Assembly (NCBI GenBank): GCA_029938175.1
Contig: JAPYON010000001.1
Location: 75,659-139,658, forward strand
Direction: 5' to 3'
From: Paracoccaceae bacterium
GTDB lineage: Bacteria > Pseudomonadota > Alphaproteobacteria > Rhodobacterales > Rhodobacteraceae
DNA: 64,000 bases
Positions within the stretch are counted from its first letter, which is position 1, and the number at the start of each line of letters is the position of its first letter. The notes below the pieces were generated by a model. It made no database searches. It saw nothing but the letters and a program-made list of their open reading frames with translations, and was not told the DNA's origin. Of this stretch, positions 31,967 through 43,095 are shown piece by piece. Made by a program: the position numbers and the translations under genes.

Positions 31967-33058
31967 TTAGCGTTTGTAATTCTGCTGCACGAAGGGCAGC
32001 TTGATGATGGTTGCAGGCACCGCTTTGCCTCGGATCAGCAGGTTCACGGCCGTTCCTGGCTCGGCGAATTCCGCCATAATATACCCCATTGAAACCGGAC
32101 CGCCATAGGTAGGGCCAAATCCACCAGATGAAATCGAGCCGATAATATTTCCGTCCTTGTCAGCCACCTCAACTCCGCGTCGCGCAGGGGCACGGCCTTC
32201 GGGTTTGATGCCAACCAACTTGCGATTCGGCCCCTCAGTCAATTCACGTTGAATGCGTTCGGCACCAGGAAACCCACCTTCCTCGCGGCGACGTTTCTGC
32301 ATCGCCCAGTTCAGATTTGCCTCAACAGGCGACGTGCTGTTGTCAATATCATTGCCATACAAACAAAGCCCTGCCTCAAGGCGCAGGCTGTCGCGCGCAC
32401 CCAGACCGGCCATTTCCAGATCGCCGTGTTTTAGGAATTCACGGGTTATATCCACCACACGATCGGTCGGAATGGAAATCTCGTAACCATCCTCGCCCGT
32501 ATATCCTAGCCGCGAAATCCGGCATTCAGCGCCAAACAGGTCGGCCACTGCCGATTCCATGAACTTCAAATCCGCCGCAACAGGCGCAGCCGCCGAAACG
32601 ATCCCTTCGGCTGCGGGACCTTGAATCGCGATCAACGCTCGGTCCAGTTCAACCACCTCGATACCGTCCAGATTGTCCCGCATATGCCCGATATCCTGAT
32701 CCCGCATAGAGGCGTTAACCACGACATAAAGATAGTGCCCCGCGTTCGATACTATCAGGTCGTCCATAATTCCGCCGTCTGGGTTGGTAAAAACCGTATA
32801 CCGTGCCTTGCCGACTGGCAGCGTGGTAAAAGCCGAGGGCGCGATCCCCTCCAGCTTTTCCGCGGCACGTTCGCCGCGCAATTCAACCTGCCCCATATGG
32901 GAAACGTCGAACAGCGCGGCTTTTTCGCGGCACTGCTTGTGTTCGCCAGCGACGCCAAGTCCGTAATTCACGGGCATCACCCAGCCGGCGAAGTCTACCA
33001 TCTTGCCGCGCATCTCGACGTGCAAATCATAAAGCGGAGTTTTGCGGGGTTCGGCCAT
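31967..33058 (-). CDS. gcvT: Glycine cleavage aminomethyltransferase T
   Basis: KTPLYDLH, LFDVSHMGQ, RLGYTGEDGYEI and GLGARDSLRLEAGLCLYG. Confidence 0.97.
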   Translation of the reverse strand: MAEPRKTPLYDLHVEMRGKMVDFAGWVMPVNYGLGVAGEHKQCREKAALFDVSHMGQVELRGERAAEKLEGIAPSAFTTLPVGKARYTVFTNPDGGIMDDLIVSNAGHYLYVVVNASMRDQDIGHMRDNLDGIEVVELDRALIAIQGPAAEGIVSAAAPVAADLKFMESAVADLFGAECRISRLGYTGEDGYEISIPTDRVVDITREFLKHGDLEMAGLGARDSLRLEAGLCLYGNDIDNSTSPVEANLNWAMQKRRREEGGFPGAERIQRELTEGPNRKLVGIKPEGRAPARRGVEVADKDGNIIGSISSGGFGPTYGGPVSMGYIMAEFAEPGTAVNLLIRGKAVPATIIKLPFVQQNYKR

Positions 33059-33098
33059 CGTAAAGTCCTCGATTGAGTCGTCTGATTCTGTCTTAGCA

Positions 33099-33151
33099 AA
33101 CAAGTTTCCGATAGGAAACAGGTTTTTGGATGCAACAGTATACTTTGTTGC
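33099..33151. promoter_or_regulatory. Two palindromes in the divergent gcvT / glycerate kinase promoter region
   Basis: GTTTCC-GATA-GGAAAC (33104-19) and GCAACA-GTATACTT-TGTTGC (33132-51). Confidence 0.45.
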
Positions 33152-33278
33152 GAATCCCGTTGCGGCATACATAATTTACAGTCAAAGTATGCCCACCGAA
33201 ACAGGAGCCCCCGTTGAACAAAGCTACCCTGAAAGTAAAAGAACAGCTTTTGCAAACTTGTCTACAGGCTTTTTCCTG

Positions 33279-34508
33279 ATGCGGCGGCGCGCGATTGATT
33301 TGTTCAATACGGCAGTAAAGGCTGCCGATCCCGCGCTTGCGTTGCGCCCGTATTTGGCTGACCTTCCCGCGATTTCGGGGCGCTATATCCTTGTCAGCAT
33401 CGGCAAAGCCGCCTGTACGATGGTGGAAGAGGCGATATTCAACCTGCCCAAAGATGCCGCGTTTTACGCGATTGCCGTAACGAATTCCGAGAATGCCCGG
33501 CCCGTTGAAGGTTGCAAGGTTATGTCGGCGGGGCATCCCGTGCCTGATGAAAGCGGTCGGGCGGCGGGGCAGGCGGTGATCGCACTGTTGCAAACGACCA
33601 CATCGGACGACAAGGTTCTGGCATTGATAAGCGGCGGAGGTTCGGCACTGCTGCCCGCGCCTGTTGCAGGGATCAGCCTTGCCGACAAGGCAGAGGTCAG
33701 CCGCATTTTGATGGGCGCAGGTGTTGAAATCACCGAAATGAACCTCGTGCGTCAGCAGCTTTCACAATTGAAAGGCGGCGGCTTGACGCAGTTTGCCGAC
33801 CCGGCGGAGTTGCACGGATATATTTTGTCGGACGTAATCGGAGACGACCTGCGTGCCATCGCCAGCGGCCCGACAGTTGCCCCGATCGCTGATCGCGCCG
33901 CCGCGCGAGGGCTGTTGCACCGGCTGGGTATTTTTTCGCAAATGCCAGCGTCGGTCCAAGCACATTTTCTGGGGGACGCCCCTGTTAACCAATCTTACGA
34001 AGCAGTTAACACCTTAATCGGCTCGAACCGTCAAAGTTTGCGCGCGATGCAAGCCGCCTCGAATGGGGGGATTATCGTTAACGATGCATTGACCGGAGAT
34101 GTGGCAGAAGCTGCTGAATTCATCCTGCGCTCTGCCCGTGAATATCCTAACGAGGCATTGATTTTCGGTGGTGAAACCACGGTGATCCTTCGTGGTGATG
34201 GAAAAGGCGGCCGCAATCAGGAACTTGCCCTGCGCGTGGCAATGCTGGCGGAAAATCAGGACCTAGGCGATTGGCTTTTCCTAAGCGGTGGTACAGATGG
34301 ACGCGACGGCCCGACCGACGCGGCGGGCGGAATAGTTAATAGGCAGACGGTGCAACGCATTCGTGACGCGGGCGAAAACCCCGAAGCCCTGCTGGCCAAC
34401 AACGACAGTTATAAAGCCCTGCAAACGGCAGGCGACCTGCTGATGACGGGCGGGACAGGGACCAATGTAGCCGATGCGCAACTTTTTCTGCGCTCTACCA
34501 AATCGTAA
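33279..34508 (+). CDS. Glycerate kinase (DUF4147/MOFRL, TtuD-like)
   Basis: SIGKAA, AGHPVPDE, LISGGGSALL, SDVIGDD..IASGPT, GGRNQE, GTDGRDGPT and TGTNVAD; start approximate. Confidence 0.93.
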   Translation: MRRRAIDLFNTAVKAADPALALRPYLADLPAISGRYILVSIGKAACTMVEEAIFNLPKDAAFYAIAVTNSENARPVEGCKVMSAGHPVPDESGRAAGQAVIALLQTTTSDDKVLALISGGGSALLPAPVAGISLADKAEVSRILMGAGVEITEMNLVRQQLSQLKGGGLTQFADPAELHGYILSDVIGDDLRAIASGPTVAPIADRAAARGLLHRLGIFSQMPASVQAHFLGDAPVNQSYEAVNTLIGSNRQSLRAMQAASNGGIIVNDALTGDVAEAAEFILRSAREYPNEALIFGGETTVILRGDGKGGRNQELALRVAMLAENQDLGDWLFLSGGTDGRDGPTDAAGGIVNRQTVQRIRDAGENPEALLANNDSYKALQTAGDLLMTGGTGTNVADAQLFLRSTKS

Positions 34509-34700
34509 AGTGTAATTTTTCGGGTTGAAGGCAAGTCTCGTCACTGCATGCCTGAATGGTTAGCGCAGCGCTAGCCGGAGTTTCGTCGGGAATATTTCCC
34601 GAAAGCACCAGCTCCCCTTCGTACAAGGCCAGCAGCTCATCGTTGAAATTTAGCGTTTTAACCAACGGGTCTGGGTGATTTGAAGTCGAGCATCCGCAAT
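34495..34700 (-). pseudogene. Fragment resembling a DsbD N-terminal-type (disulfide interchange) domain
   Basis: LALYEGELVL..ALTIQACSDETCLQPE resembles the QAC-x3-C-LPP motif; no credible start; lies just downstream of dxs. Confidence 0.5.
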
Positions 34701-34757
34701 CCGTATTTCGCGCACCAATTTTTGTATAGGTCCGGACGGTACACGAGGGCATTTACC

Positions 34758-36689
34758 CTATGCTCGCTTTACTCCGATCCGCGCCACACCCAGAACTTCC
34801 AGTACTTTCGCTTCGATTTCCGGCGCGTTCATTCCCGCAACTTCATACATCTTTGCAGGCGAATTATGGTTGATAAACGTGTCAGGAAACACCATAGAGC
34901 GGAATTTAAGCCCCTCGTCGAATACACCCTCATTCGCCAATAATTGTGCCACGTGGCTGCCGAAACCGCCGATTGCGCCTTCCTCGATTGTAATCAAAGC
35001 CTCGTGGTTGGCGGCCAGATCAAGGATCATATCGCGGTCCAGAGGTTTGGCGAAACGGGCGTCGGCGATTGTGGGGGTGATGCCTTTGGATTTTAGCGCT
35101 TCGGCGGCTTTTTGTACCTCGGTCAAACGCGCGCCGAAGGACAGGATCGCGGCGCGCTTGCCCTTTGCAACGATCCGGCCTTTGCCGATTTCCAATGGGA
35201 TGCCAACCTCGGGCAGATCCACGCCAACGCCTTCGCCCCGTGGAAAGCGGAAGGCGCTGGGGCGGTCGTTGATGGAGACGGCTGTAGCGATCATATGCAC
35301 CAGCTCGGCCTCGTCGGCGGCGGCCATTACCACGAAATCTGGCAGATTGGCCAGAAACGCGATGTCAAAACTGCCAGCATGCGTTGGGCCATCAGCCCCT
35401 ACCAATCCCGCGCGGTCAATCGCGAAGCGCACGGGAAGGCGCTGCACTGCCACGTCGTGCACGACTTGATCGTAACCGCGTTGCAGGAAGGTTGAATAAA
35501 TCGCCACGAAGGGTTTCATGCCCGCAGCGGCGAGCCCTGCGGCGAACGTCACGCCGTGCTGTTCGGCAATGCCAACGTCAAAGCCGCGCGCAGGGAAGCG
35601 TTCGGCGAACATGTCCAGCCCTGTGCCATTCGGCATCGCGGCGGTGATGGCGACGATCTTGGTATCTTCGGCAGCCTCTTTGATCAGGCTTTGAGCGAAA
35701 ACTTTGGTGTAGCTTGGGGCATTGGAAGCGGATTTCCTCTGCTCGCCCGTAACCACGTCAAATTTGCCACGTGCGTGGCCACGATCGCTGCTGAACTCGG
35801 CGTGCTTATAGCCTTTTCCCTTTTTCGTAATCACATGGATAAGCGTTGGCCCGCTGGCGCGATCTTTGACTGTGCGAAGGACGGACAAAAGTTGTTCCAT
35901 GTCGTGCCCGTCGATAGGCCCGACATACGAGAAACCCAGTTCCTCGAACAAAGTACCGCCCACGGTCATGGATTTCACCATCTCTTTTGCACGTCGAGCG
36001 CCCTCTTGCAGGGGTTGTGGCAGTAGCGAAACTGCACCCTTGGCCGCTGCTTTCAGTTCCTGAAAACCGTCTTCGGCATAAAGGCGCGACAGGTAGGACG
36101 ACAAAGCACCAACCGGCGGGGAGATCGACATCTCATTATCGTTCAGGATTACGATTAGACGTTTTCCAAGATGACCCGCATTGTTCAGCGCCTCAAACGC
36201 CAAGCCAGCGGACATTGATCCATCACCAATCACCGCAATCGCGTCGCCTAACCCGTGTTCCGGTGCACCACCCAGATCGCGGGCAACTGCAAAGCCGAGC
36301 GCGGTGGATATAGACGTCGAACTATGGCCTGCGCCGAACGGATCATATTCACTTTCGGTTCGTTTGGCGAAACCCGACAGCCCGTCGCCCTTACGCAATG
36401 TCCGCATGCGGTCGCGGCGACCTGTCAGGATTTTGTGCGGGTACGTTTGGTGGCTGACGTCCCAAATTATACGATCTTTCGGCGCATCGAATACGGCATG
36501 TAGGGCCACGGTCAGTTCGACCACCCCAAGGCCCGCACCCAGATGTCCACCCGTCTCGGACACGATGGAAATAGTTTCGGCCCTTACTTCATCGCTCAAC
36601 GCCCGCAGTTCGAAATCCGTTAAAGACTTCATATCGGCAGGCGTATTCACGCGATTGAGGGTGGGTGTATCAGGGCGCTCAGCCGTCAT
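34758..36689 (-). CDS. dxs: 1-deoxy-D-xylulose-5-phosphate synthase
   Basis: [49 protein letters not shown] and [10 protein letters not shown]. Confidence 0.98.
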   Translation of the reverse strand: MTAERPDTPTLNRVNTPADMKSLTDFELRALSDEVRAETISIVSETGGHLGAGLGVVELTVALHAVFDAPKDRIIWDVSHQTYPHKILTGRRDRMRTLRKGDGLSGFAKRTESEYDPFGAGHSSTSISTALGFAVARDLGGAPEHGLGDAIAVIGDGSMSAGLAFEALNNAGHLGKRLIVILNDNEMSISPPVGALSSYLSRLYAEDGFQELKAAAKGAVSLLPQPLQEGARRAKEMVKSMTVGGTLFEELGFSYVGPIDGHDMEQLLSVLRTVKDRASGPTLIHVITKKGKGYKHAEFSSDRGHARGKFDVVTGEQRKSASNAPSYTKVFAQSLIKEAAEDTKIVAITAAMPNGTGLDMFAERFPARGFDVGIAEQHGVTFAAGLAAAGMKPFVAIYSTFLQRGYDQVVHDVAVQRLPVRFAIDRAGLVGADGPTHAGSFDIAFLANLPDFVVMAAADEAELVHMIATAVSINDRPSAFRFPRGEGVGVDLPEVGIPLEIGKGRIVAKGKRAAILSFGARLTEVQKAAEALKSKGITPTIADARFAKPLDRDMILDLAANHEALITIEEGAIGGFGSHVAQLLANEGVFDEGLKFRSMVFPDTFINHNSPAKMYEVAGMNAPEIEAKVLEVLGVARIGVKRA

Positions 36690-36702
36690 AGTAATGATTC
36701 CC

Positions 36703-37578
36703 TTAGGTTGTGCGCATTATCGTATATCGTGCGACCTGACGCAAGTTTTCTGCGGCATCCCCGTAGGGGGTCAAGGCGCCGCAAGCCTCAACGATCAGAT
36801 CGCGGGCGCGGTCTTTGGCGCCTTCTAGACCAAGTAGAGAAACAAAGGTTGCCTTTCCGGCATCTTCGTCTTTTCTGAGGCGTTTTCCAGCGGCTTTGGC
36901 GTCGCCCTCTATGTCCAAAATGTCATCATGTATCTGAAACGCCAGACCAAGCGCCTCGGCGTATGCTTGCAACGGTGCTGTGTCGGCCCCGGCCAGAATG
37001 GCACCTGCTTCGGTAGACCAACGGATCAGCGCACCGGTTTTCATTTCTTGTAATGCGGTGATTTCGGGCAAGGTCAAAGGTACGTCCGCCGTTTCCGCCG
37101 CAATATCCATCGCTTGCCCGCCAACCATGCCCAATGCGCCCGAGGCGGTCGCCAGAGACGACACCAGCCGCACAATTGCAGATTGGCTAGCCGAGACTTC
37201 CGTCAAATACTGGAACGCCTGCGCTTGCAGGGCGTCGCCAACCAGCACTGCGGTGGCTTCGTCCCATTTGATATGAACCGTAGGCAATCCACGCCGCAGA
37301 TCGTCGTCGTCCATACAGGGCAGGTCGTCGTGAATAAGCGAATAGGCATGCAGACACTCAATAGCGGCAGCCACTGGGTCGGCGATTTCCTGCGTAATTC
37401 CATGCAGAGCGGAACTTTCCATCACAAGAAACGCCCGCAGGCGTTTGCCGCCGTTCAACACGGCATAGCGCATGCCTTGCGCTATAACATTGTCAGGTGG
37501 TGGCAGCGTTGCGTCCATAAACCCTGCGACACGCGTGGCGGTCTGTTTCAGCGCAGCAGTGAATTCAACGCTGGACAT
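36703..37578 (-). CDS. ispA: Farnesyl diphosphate synthase (polyprenyl synthetase)
   Basis: [29 protein letters not shown] and FQIHDDILD. Confidence 0.95.
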   Translation of the reverse strand: MSSVEFTAALKQTATRVAGFMDATLPPPDNVIAQGMRYAVLNGGKRLRAFLVMESSALHGITQEIADPVAAAIECLHAYSLIHDDLPCMDDDDLRRGLPTVHIKWDEATAVLVGDALQAQAFQYLTEVSASQSAIVRLVSSLATASGALGMVGGQAMDIAAETADVPLTLPEITALQEMKTGALIRWSTEAGAILAGADTAPLQAYAEALGLAFQIHDDILDIEGDAKAAGKRLRKDEDAGKATFVSLLGLEGAKDRARDLIVEACGALTPYGDAAENLRQVARYTIMRTT

Positions 37579-37816
37579 CAGGAAACCTCGACAGGTTCCG
37601 TTTCGGCGGCATTCCCGTTTCCATCGATGGTGATCTTGGCGACTTTTTCCTCGGCAGATTTCAACTTTGCCTCGCAATGAGCCTTAAGTTCAGCGCCGCG
37701 TTCATAAAGAGAGATGGACTCTTCCAAAGCAACCGAGCCGCTTTCAAGTTGTCCAACAACCTTTTCCAAAGCCCCCATCGCCTCTTCGAAACTCATGTCG
37801 CTTACAGGTTTATCAC

Positions 37817-37820
<4 letters not shown>
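37578..37820 (-). CDS. xseB: Exodeoxyribonuclease VII small subunit
   Basis: MSFEEAMGALEKVVGQLESG..LEESISLYERG; TGATG overlap with ispA. Confidence 0.95.
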
Positions 37821-38731
<911 letters not shown>

Positions 38732-38794
38732 GGCCCGAAGCTTAGGCAAGACTGACAACAGCGGCAAGTCCGCCTTGCGATTACAGGAACCGAT

Positions 38795-39619
38795 ATGCCC
38801 GAACTGCCCGAAGTTGAAACCGTCCGTCGAGGGCTGGAACCCGTTATGACAGGTCAGCGGATCGCCAAGGCCGACATTCGGCGCGAGGGGCTGCGGTGGC
38901 CGTTTCCTGAAAACATGACCGCTCGACTGGAGGGGCAGCGGGTGGAGCGCTTGCGACGTCGTGCGAAGTATATTTTGGTTGATCTGGACGGGGGCGAGAG
39001 CCTGATTATCCATCTTGGGATGTCTGGGCGGATGCTGATCTCGGACGGGGACGATTTGATCAAACACGATCACGTCGTTCTGGACATGGAAAATGGTGTG
39101 CGGATCACCTTTAACGACCCGCGCCGATTTGGAATGATGGATTTATGCGCCACTGAGGCCCTGGATGAACACCGCCTGCTAAAAGACATGGGGCCAGAGC
39201 CGTTGGGCAACGCTTTTGACGCCAAATATCTGGGCGAACGCCTGAAAAGCCGCAAGATGCCGATAAAATCAGCGCTGCTGGATCAAAAAACTGTCGTCGG
39301 CCTTGGCAATATATATGTATGCGAGGCGTTATGGCGGGCGCATATCTCTCCGACACAAAAGGCGGGGGATATTTCGACCAAAAAGATGTCACGCTTAGTC
39401 CCGACGATTCGCGATGTTTTGACCGAAGCAATCGATTCCGGCGGTTCCAGCCTGAAAGATTATCGACAAGCAGACGGCGAGTTGGGGTATTTCCAGCACA
39501 GCTTCGCGGTTTACGGTCGCGAAGGCGAGCCTTGTAAAGCAGCCGATTGCGGCCAAAATATCGCTCGGATCGTGCAATCTGGCCGCTCGACTTTCTATTG
39601 CCCCAAGTGCCAAAAGTAG
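38795..39619 (+). CDS. mutM: Formamidopyrimidine-DNA glycosylase
   Basis: [24 protein letters not shown] and C-terminal zinc finger. Confidence 0.97.
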   Translation: MPELPEVETVRRGLEPVMTGQRIAKADIRREGLRWPFPENMTARLEGQRVERLRRRAKYILVDLDGGESLIIHLGMSGRMLISDGDDLIKHDHVVLDMENGVRITFNDPRRFGMMDLCATEALDEHRLLKDMGPEPLGNAFDAKYLGERLKSRKMPIKSALLDQKTVVGLGNIYVCEALWRAHISPTQKAGDISTKKMSRLVPTIRDVLTEAIDSGGSSLKDYRQADGELGYFQHSFAVYGREGEPCKAADCGQNIARIVQSGRSTFYCPKCQK

Positions 39620-39685
39620 GTTGATCCCCCTGTCGGCCATGTTACACACAGACCCTTCGGACCAACTGACTCAAGGAGCCGCACA

Positions 39686-40462
39686 ATGGCTTATGAATGC
39701 ATTCTGACCGAGATCGAGGATCACATTGGCATGGTGACTCTCCACCGACCCAAGGAGCTGAACGCGTTAAGCGCACAGCTTTTGACGGAATTGGCCGAGG
39801 CGCTGAATTGTATGCAAGCCGATCACAACGTGCGTTGCATTATCATTACCGGCAGCGAAAAAGCGTTTGCGGCGGGCGCAGACATTAAAGAAATGTCCGA
39901 GAAATCCTTTGTGGATGTGTTCACCAGTGACCTGTTCACACCCGAAACCGAAGCCCTGCTACGTGTCCGTAAACCTATTATCGCTGCCGTATCTGGCTAT
40001 GCGTTGGGCGGAGGGTGTGAATTGGCGATGATGTGTGACTTTATCATTTGTTCCGACACGGCCAAATTCGGCCAGCCTGAAATCAATCTCGGTGTGGTTG
40101 CAGGGATCGGTGGCACGCAACGCTTGACGCGTTTTGTGGGCAAGTCCAAATCGATGGAAATGCATCTTACAGGTCGCATGATGGACGCCTCGGAAGCCGA
40201 GCGTTCGGGGCTGGTCAGCCGCGTTGTTCCTGCTAAGGATTTGTTAACGGATGTTAAGGCGACGGCCGCGAAAATCACCGAAAAATCCATGATTACTACG
40301 ATGGTGGTCAAGGAATCTGTTAACCGCGCCTATGAAACTACGTTGCGCGAAGGCCTACTGTTTGAACGCCGCGCGTTTCATTCGCTATTCGCCTCCGAAG
40401 ACCAGACCGAAGGCATGAACGCCTTCATAGAAAAGCGTGAACCGCAGTTCCGGGATAAATAA
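39686..40462 (+). CDS. Enoyl-CoA hydratase
   Basis: [22 protein letters not shown] and FGQPEINLG. Confidence 0.95.
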   Translation: MAYECILTEIEDHIGMVTLHRPKELNALSAQLLTELAEALNCMQADHNVRCIIITGSEKAFAAGADIKEMSEKSFVDVFTSDLFTPETEALLRVRKPIIAAVSGYALGGGCELAMMCDFIICSDTAKFGQPEINLGVVAGIGGTQRLTRFVGKSKSMEMHLTGRMMDASEAERSGLVSRVVPAKDLLTDVKATAAKITEKSMITTMVVKESVNRAYETTLREGLLFERRAFHSLFASEDQTEGMNAFIEKREPQFRDK

Positions 40463-40546
40463 CCCACGAGGGCGTTGACTCGGGCCGGAAGCGGCTGTAG
40501 ATGGACGCTTCATCATTCGAATCTCGAACGAACCGGAATTATACAC

Positions 40547-40813
40547 ATGGCAAATTCGCCCCAAGCTAAAAAACGTGCACGCCAGATTGAGCGCCGCACA
40601 GCAGTAAACAAATCTCGCCGCACGCGTATCCGTGGCTTCCTGCGTAAAGTAGAAGAGGCGATCACTGGTGGAGATCAGGCAGTTGCAGCCGACGCCCTGA
40701 AAGCGGCACAACCTGAAATCATGCGTGGCGTGACCAAAGGTATCTGGCACAAGAAAACAGCCAGCCGCAAAGTTTCGCGTCTGTCTGCACGTGTTAAGGC
40801 AATGTCTGTTTAA
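40547..40813 (+). CDS. rpsT: 30S ribosomal protein S20
   Basis: [38 protein letters not shown]. Confidence 0.97.
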   Translation: MANSPQAKKRARQIERRTAVNKSRRTRIRGFLRKVEEAITGGDQAVAADALKAAQPEIMRGVTKGIWHKKTASRKVSRLSARVKAMSV

Positions 40814-40840
40814 TAAATAGACCCTGTTCTAGAGAATTTT

Positions 40841-40874
40841 AAGCGCGTCCCGACGGGGCGCGTTTTGTTTTTTT
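40841..40874 (+). terminator. Intrinsic terminator after rpsT
   Basis: GCGCGTCCC-GAC-GGGGCGCGT stem followed by a long T tract. Confidence 0.8.
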
Positions 40875-40876
40875 GC

Positions 40877-40898
40877 AACGGATAAAATTTTATCCACA
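40877..40898. promoter_or_regulatory. Perfect DnaA box within a 16-bp palindrome
   Basis: TTATCCACA at 40890-98; GGATAAAATTTTATCC at 40880-95 gives a second, imperfect box on the opposite strand. Confidence 0.75.
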
Positions 40899-41113
40899 AT
40901 TTTTGTAGATTCATCGTTTATCCCTATTGAGAGAATCTCAAGACTTCGTTACGCTCATTTTACGTTTTGCGATTCCTACAGCTCGCTGTCTAAGCGTTGT
41001 CAAAATTGTCAAACTCCTGCGCGGATAATGCCTATTTCCGCATCGGTGTATCTTTGCCTTTTGACGCAGAGAAGTTGGATAAACAAAGTGTTACAGGGGA
41101 ATCTGCTCGGTTC

Positions 41114-41129
41114 TTAACAATTTATTAAC
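41114..41129 (+). promoter_or_regulatory. CtrA binding site
   Basis: TTAA-CAATTTA-TTAAC, an exact match to TTAA-N7-TTAAC. Confidence 0.75.
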
Positions 41130-41174
41130 ATGGTTTGGTGTGGATGCAATTCCGCGCCCTAGGGAGGTTTTTCT

Positions 41175-41624
41175 GTGTCTGACGCTCTTGTTCAAGAAGC
41201 ATCCGAGGCTTCCCCACATGCGGCTTGGGAGGTGTTGAAATCCAACCCAACAGCTGTCCTCGTTGATGTTCGTACCATTGCGGAGTGGGATTACATCGGT
41301 CTTCCGGTGCTCGAATCCCTTGGCAAAGAGGTGCTGAAAGTTGAATGGATGGAATTCCCCGAAATGACCCGCAACGAGCATTTTGCTGCCGAGTTGTTGG
41401 CGCAGTTCAAAGGCGACGACCCGTCCGCGATCTATTTTATTTGTCGCTCCGGAGTCCGTTCGCTGTATGCGGCGCGCTATTTGGCGGCAGCGCTGGAAGG
41501 AACAGGACGTAGCATTGAGTGCATCAATATTACGGGGGGATTCGAGGGTGATCACGATGACAACAAGCATCGTGGCAAGATTAATGGCTGGAAGGTCTGC
41601 GGGCTTCCGTGGTGTCAGCCGTAA
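41175..41624 (+). CDS. Rhodanese-like domain protein
   Basis: AVLVDVRTIAEWDYIG, FICRSGVRS active-site loop, NITGGFEGD..GWKVCGLPW; GTG start after GGGAGG. Confidence 0.9.
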   Translation: MSDALVQEASEASPHAAWEVLKSNPTAVLVDVRTIAEWDYIGLPVLESLGKEVLKVEWMEFPEMTRNEHFAAELLAQFKGDDPSAIYFICRSGVRSLYAARYLAAALEGTGRSIECINITGGFEGDHDDNKHRGKINGWKVCGLPWCQP

Positions 41625-41680
41625 AGTTAACAAAATAATAATGCGGCCGGTAAGGCTGCTATGATTGGGATGGGGATAGC

Positions 41681-43030
41681 ATGGAAAAGGAAGTCTGGGG
41701 ACGAATTCGTTCGGAAATGCTGGCGTCTTTAGGGAAAGACGCTTTTACGAACTGGATCGACCCGCTCGAAATGCTGGAAGCTGGCGGCCGTACCGCCCAC
41801 TTCTCGGTGCCGACAAGTTTCATCGGTAACTGGGTTGCTCGCAACTACGGTGAATCGATTATGGGCCGGCTGAATGCCGAAGGGCTGAAAGTGGACCGCC
41901 TTGATTTCAAATCTGTTTCGGCGGCAAGGCCCGCGGCATCTATTACAGCAGGCACTGCTGCGGAAGCGATACCGATACCTTCGGTAGATCTTCCGGGTAG
42001 TCCTCTGGATACGCGCTTCACATTCGACAGCTTTGTTGTCGGCAAACCGAACGAGCTGGCGCACGCCGCCGCGCGTCGCGTTGCCGAAAGCGGGCAGCTT
42101 ACTTTTAACCCGTTGTTCCTTTATGGCGGTGTTGGCCTTGGCAAAACCCACCTGATGCACGCAATTGCATGGGAAACGCAGGCGATTCGCCCTGAAGCGC
42201 GCGTGCTGTATTTGTCAGCCGAGCAATTCATGTACCGTTTCGTTCAGGCCCTGCGTTTTAAGGATATGCATTCTTTCAAAGAACAGTTCCGTTCCGTTGA
42301 CGTCTTGATGATCGACGATGTGCAGTTCATTGCTGGAAAAAACTCGACTCAGGATGAATTCTTTCATACTTTCAATGCGCTGGTGGATCAGGGCAAGCAG
42401 ATCGTTATCTCTGCTGACCGTGCCCCGGGCGAGATCGAGGGCCTAGAAGAACGAATCCGCTCGCGTTTGCAATGGGGTTTGGTTGTTGACCTGCACCCGA
42501 CAGATTACGAACTGCGGTTGGGGATCCTGCAGTCCAAAGCCGAGACCCAGCTGAAAACCATGCCCGACGTTCAGATGGACGCTGGCGTTCTGGAATTCCT
42601 TGCACACCGGATTTCATCCAATGTGCGGGTGCTTGAGGGTGCTTTGACCCGCCTGTTCGCTTTCGCCTCTCTTGTCGGGCGCGAGATCACGATGGACATG
42701 ACGCAGGAATGTCTGGCCGATATTCTGCGCGCCTCGGAACGCAAGGTAACGGTCGAGGAAATCATGCGGCAGGTTGCGGACCACTATAATCTGCGCATGT
42801 CGGACCTCCTTAGTCCGCGCCGCGCTCGATCTGTTGCAAGGCCGCGCCAAGTGGCGATGTTCTTGTCCAAAATGCTGACATCCAAGTCCTTACCGGACAT
42901 AGGGCGACGCTTTGGTGGACGCGATCACACCACGGTTATTCATGCGGTGAAAAAGGTCGAAGAACTGAAAATGATTGATAGCCAGATCGCCGAAGATGTG
43001 GAGTTGCTTCGCCGCATGTTAGAGGCATAA
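41681..43030 (+). CDS. dnaA: Chromosomal replication initiator
   Basis: FNPLFLYGGVGLGKTHL, IDDVQF, SNVRVLEGAL and FGGRDHTTVIHA. Confidence 0.98.
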   Translation: MEKEVWGRIRSEMLASLGKDAFTNWIDPLEMLEAGGRTAHFSVPTSFIGNWVARNYGESIMGRLNAEGLKVDRLDFKSVSAARPAASITAGTAAEAIPIPSVDLPGSPLDTRFTFDSFVVGKPNELAHAAARRVAESGQLTFNPLFLYGGVGLGKTHLMHAIAWETQAIRPEARVLYLSAEQFMYRFVQALRFKDMHSFKEQFRSVDVLMIDDVQFIAGKNSTQDEFFHTFNALVDQGKQIVISADRAPGEIEGLEERIRSRLQWGLVVDLHPTDYELRLGILQSKAETQLKTMPDVQMDAGVLEFLAHRISSNVRVLEGALTRLFAFASLVGREITMDMTQECLADILRASERKVTVEEIMRQVADHYNLRMSDLLSPRRARSVARPRQVAMFLSKMLTSKSLPDIGRRFGGRDHTTVIHAVKKVEELKMIDSQIAEDVELLRRMLEA

Positions 43031-43095
43031 GCTCTTGCACTTCCTGCCCTATCCGCTAGGGTCGCTGTCCAAGGAATTATACGCACGAGGGTATC

